From a virus (Duplodnaviria; Caudoviricetes), in IMG/VR virus record IMGVR_UViG_3300042885_000687, positions 1-31,978 of that record: a stretch of DNA of 31,978 nucleotides; one strand, given 5' to 3'. The notes beneath the pieces were generated by a model, which worked only from the letters and a program-made list of their open reading frames with translations, was not told the origin of the DNA and made no database searches. The translations under genes were made by a program, and so were the position numbers. Positions 31,774-31,978 of the stretch are shown piece by piece (position 1 is the stretch's first letter; each line of letters starts with the position of its first letter).

Positions 31774-31978
31774 TGAGTGATAAACCTGATAATGTTGCGG
31801 ATAATCCTGGATTGTTACCGTATGGGTCAAACATAGGTGCGCCAGTCATTAGACCTGACGATGTGGAAAATTGGAAGAACTCTAAGATTATAAAAGTCAA
31901 TAAAGAGTTTTCAAATAGATACGAATCTTTAAAGAAAGAGTATGAAAAATTGGTGGAAGACTTTAAGTGGAATGATAC
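31773..31978 (+). CDS. 5' part of a gene running off the window, DUF2452-like
   Basis: TAATG overlap, and MSDKPDNVADNPGLLPYGSNIGAPVIRP...KEYEKLVEDFKWND open to the end of the window. Confidence 0.6.
   Translation, partial: MSDKPDNVADNPGLLPYGSNIGAPVIRPDDVENWKNSKIIKVNKEFSNRYESLKKEYEKLVEDFKWND

Noticed and set aside
1-31978. Stop-codon reassignment as seen in some Bacteroidota phages
   Set aside because: Long genes are intact under the standard code, and TAG (7384, 27361) and TGA (ATGA overlaps) end genes at sensible places.
1-31978. Transposase, integrase, reverse transcriptase or diversity-generating retroelement
   Set aside because: No such catalytic motifs were recognised, and no template/variable repeat pair with A-specific differences was seen.

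Overview
This AT-rich, gene-dense window lies almost entirely on the + strand and is best read as part of a large (jumbo-type) phage genome with a Bacteroidota host. Host evidence: TAnnTTTG promoters, A-rich start contexts without Shine-Dalgarno motifs, a type IX secretion (T9SS) cargo protein, and a TonB-dependent receptor. No capsid, terminase or polymerase gene is present, so the phage call is an inference from gene content and organisation. Recognisable genes: Nudix hydrolase, P-loop polynucleotide-kinase-like protein, metallophosphoesterase, RlpA-like protein, DRB0094-type RNA ligase, HAD phosphatase, TagD-like cytidylyltransferase, SPFH protein, SAM methyltransferase, CCA-adding-like nucleotidyltransferase, HD hydrolase, AEP-like protein, cyclic-phosphate-processing receiver-like protein, thyA and clpP. 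Highlights: (1) an ORF whose 3' half is a CRISPR-like, in-frame array of 36-bp repeats with unique spacers of 27-45 bp; (2) a coiled-coil gene followed by a ~180-nt RNA closed by a long stem; (3) seven promoters placed exactly 4 nt before the ATG, implying leaderless mRNAs; (4) a separate TATTTAT-promoter gene class with N-terminal L/I-x-E leaders, peptidoglycan-binding domains and an annexin-like repeat; (5) two cassettes each bracketed by its own pair of near-identical terminators; (6) a candidate small RNA displaying an anti-Shine-Dalgarno-like loop; (7) a dispersed RNA end-repair toolkit. All family assignments come from motif recognition by eye, not from database searches.
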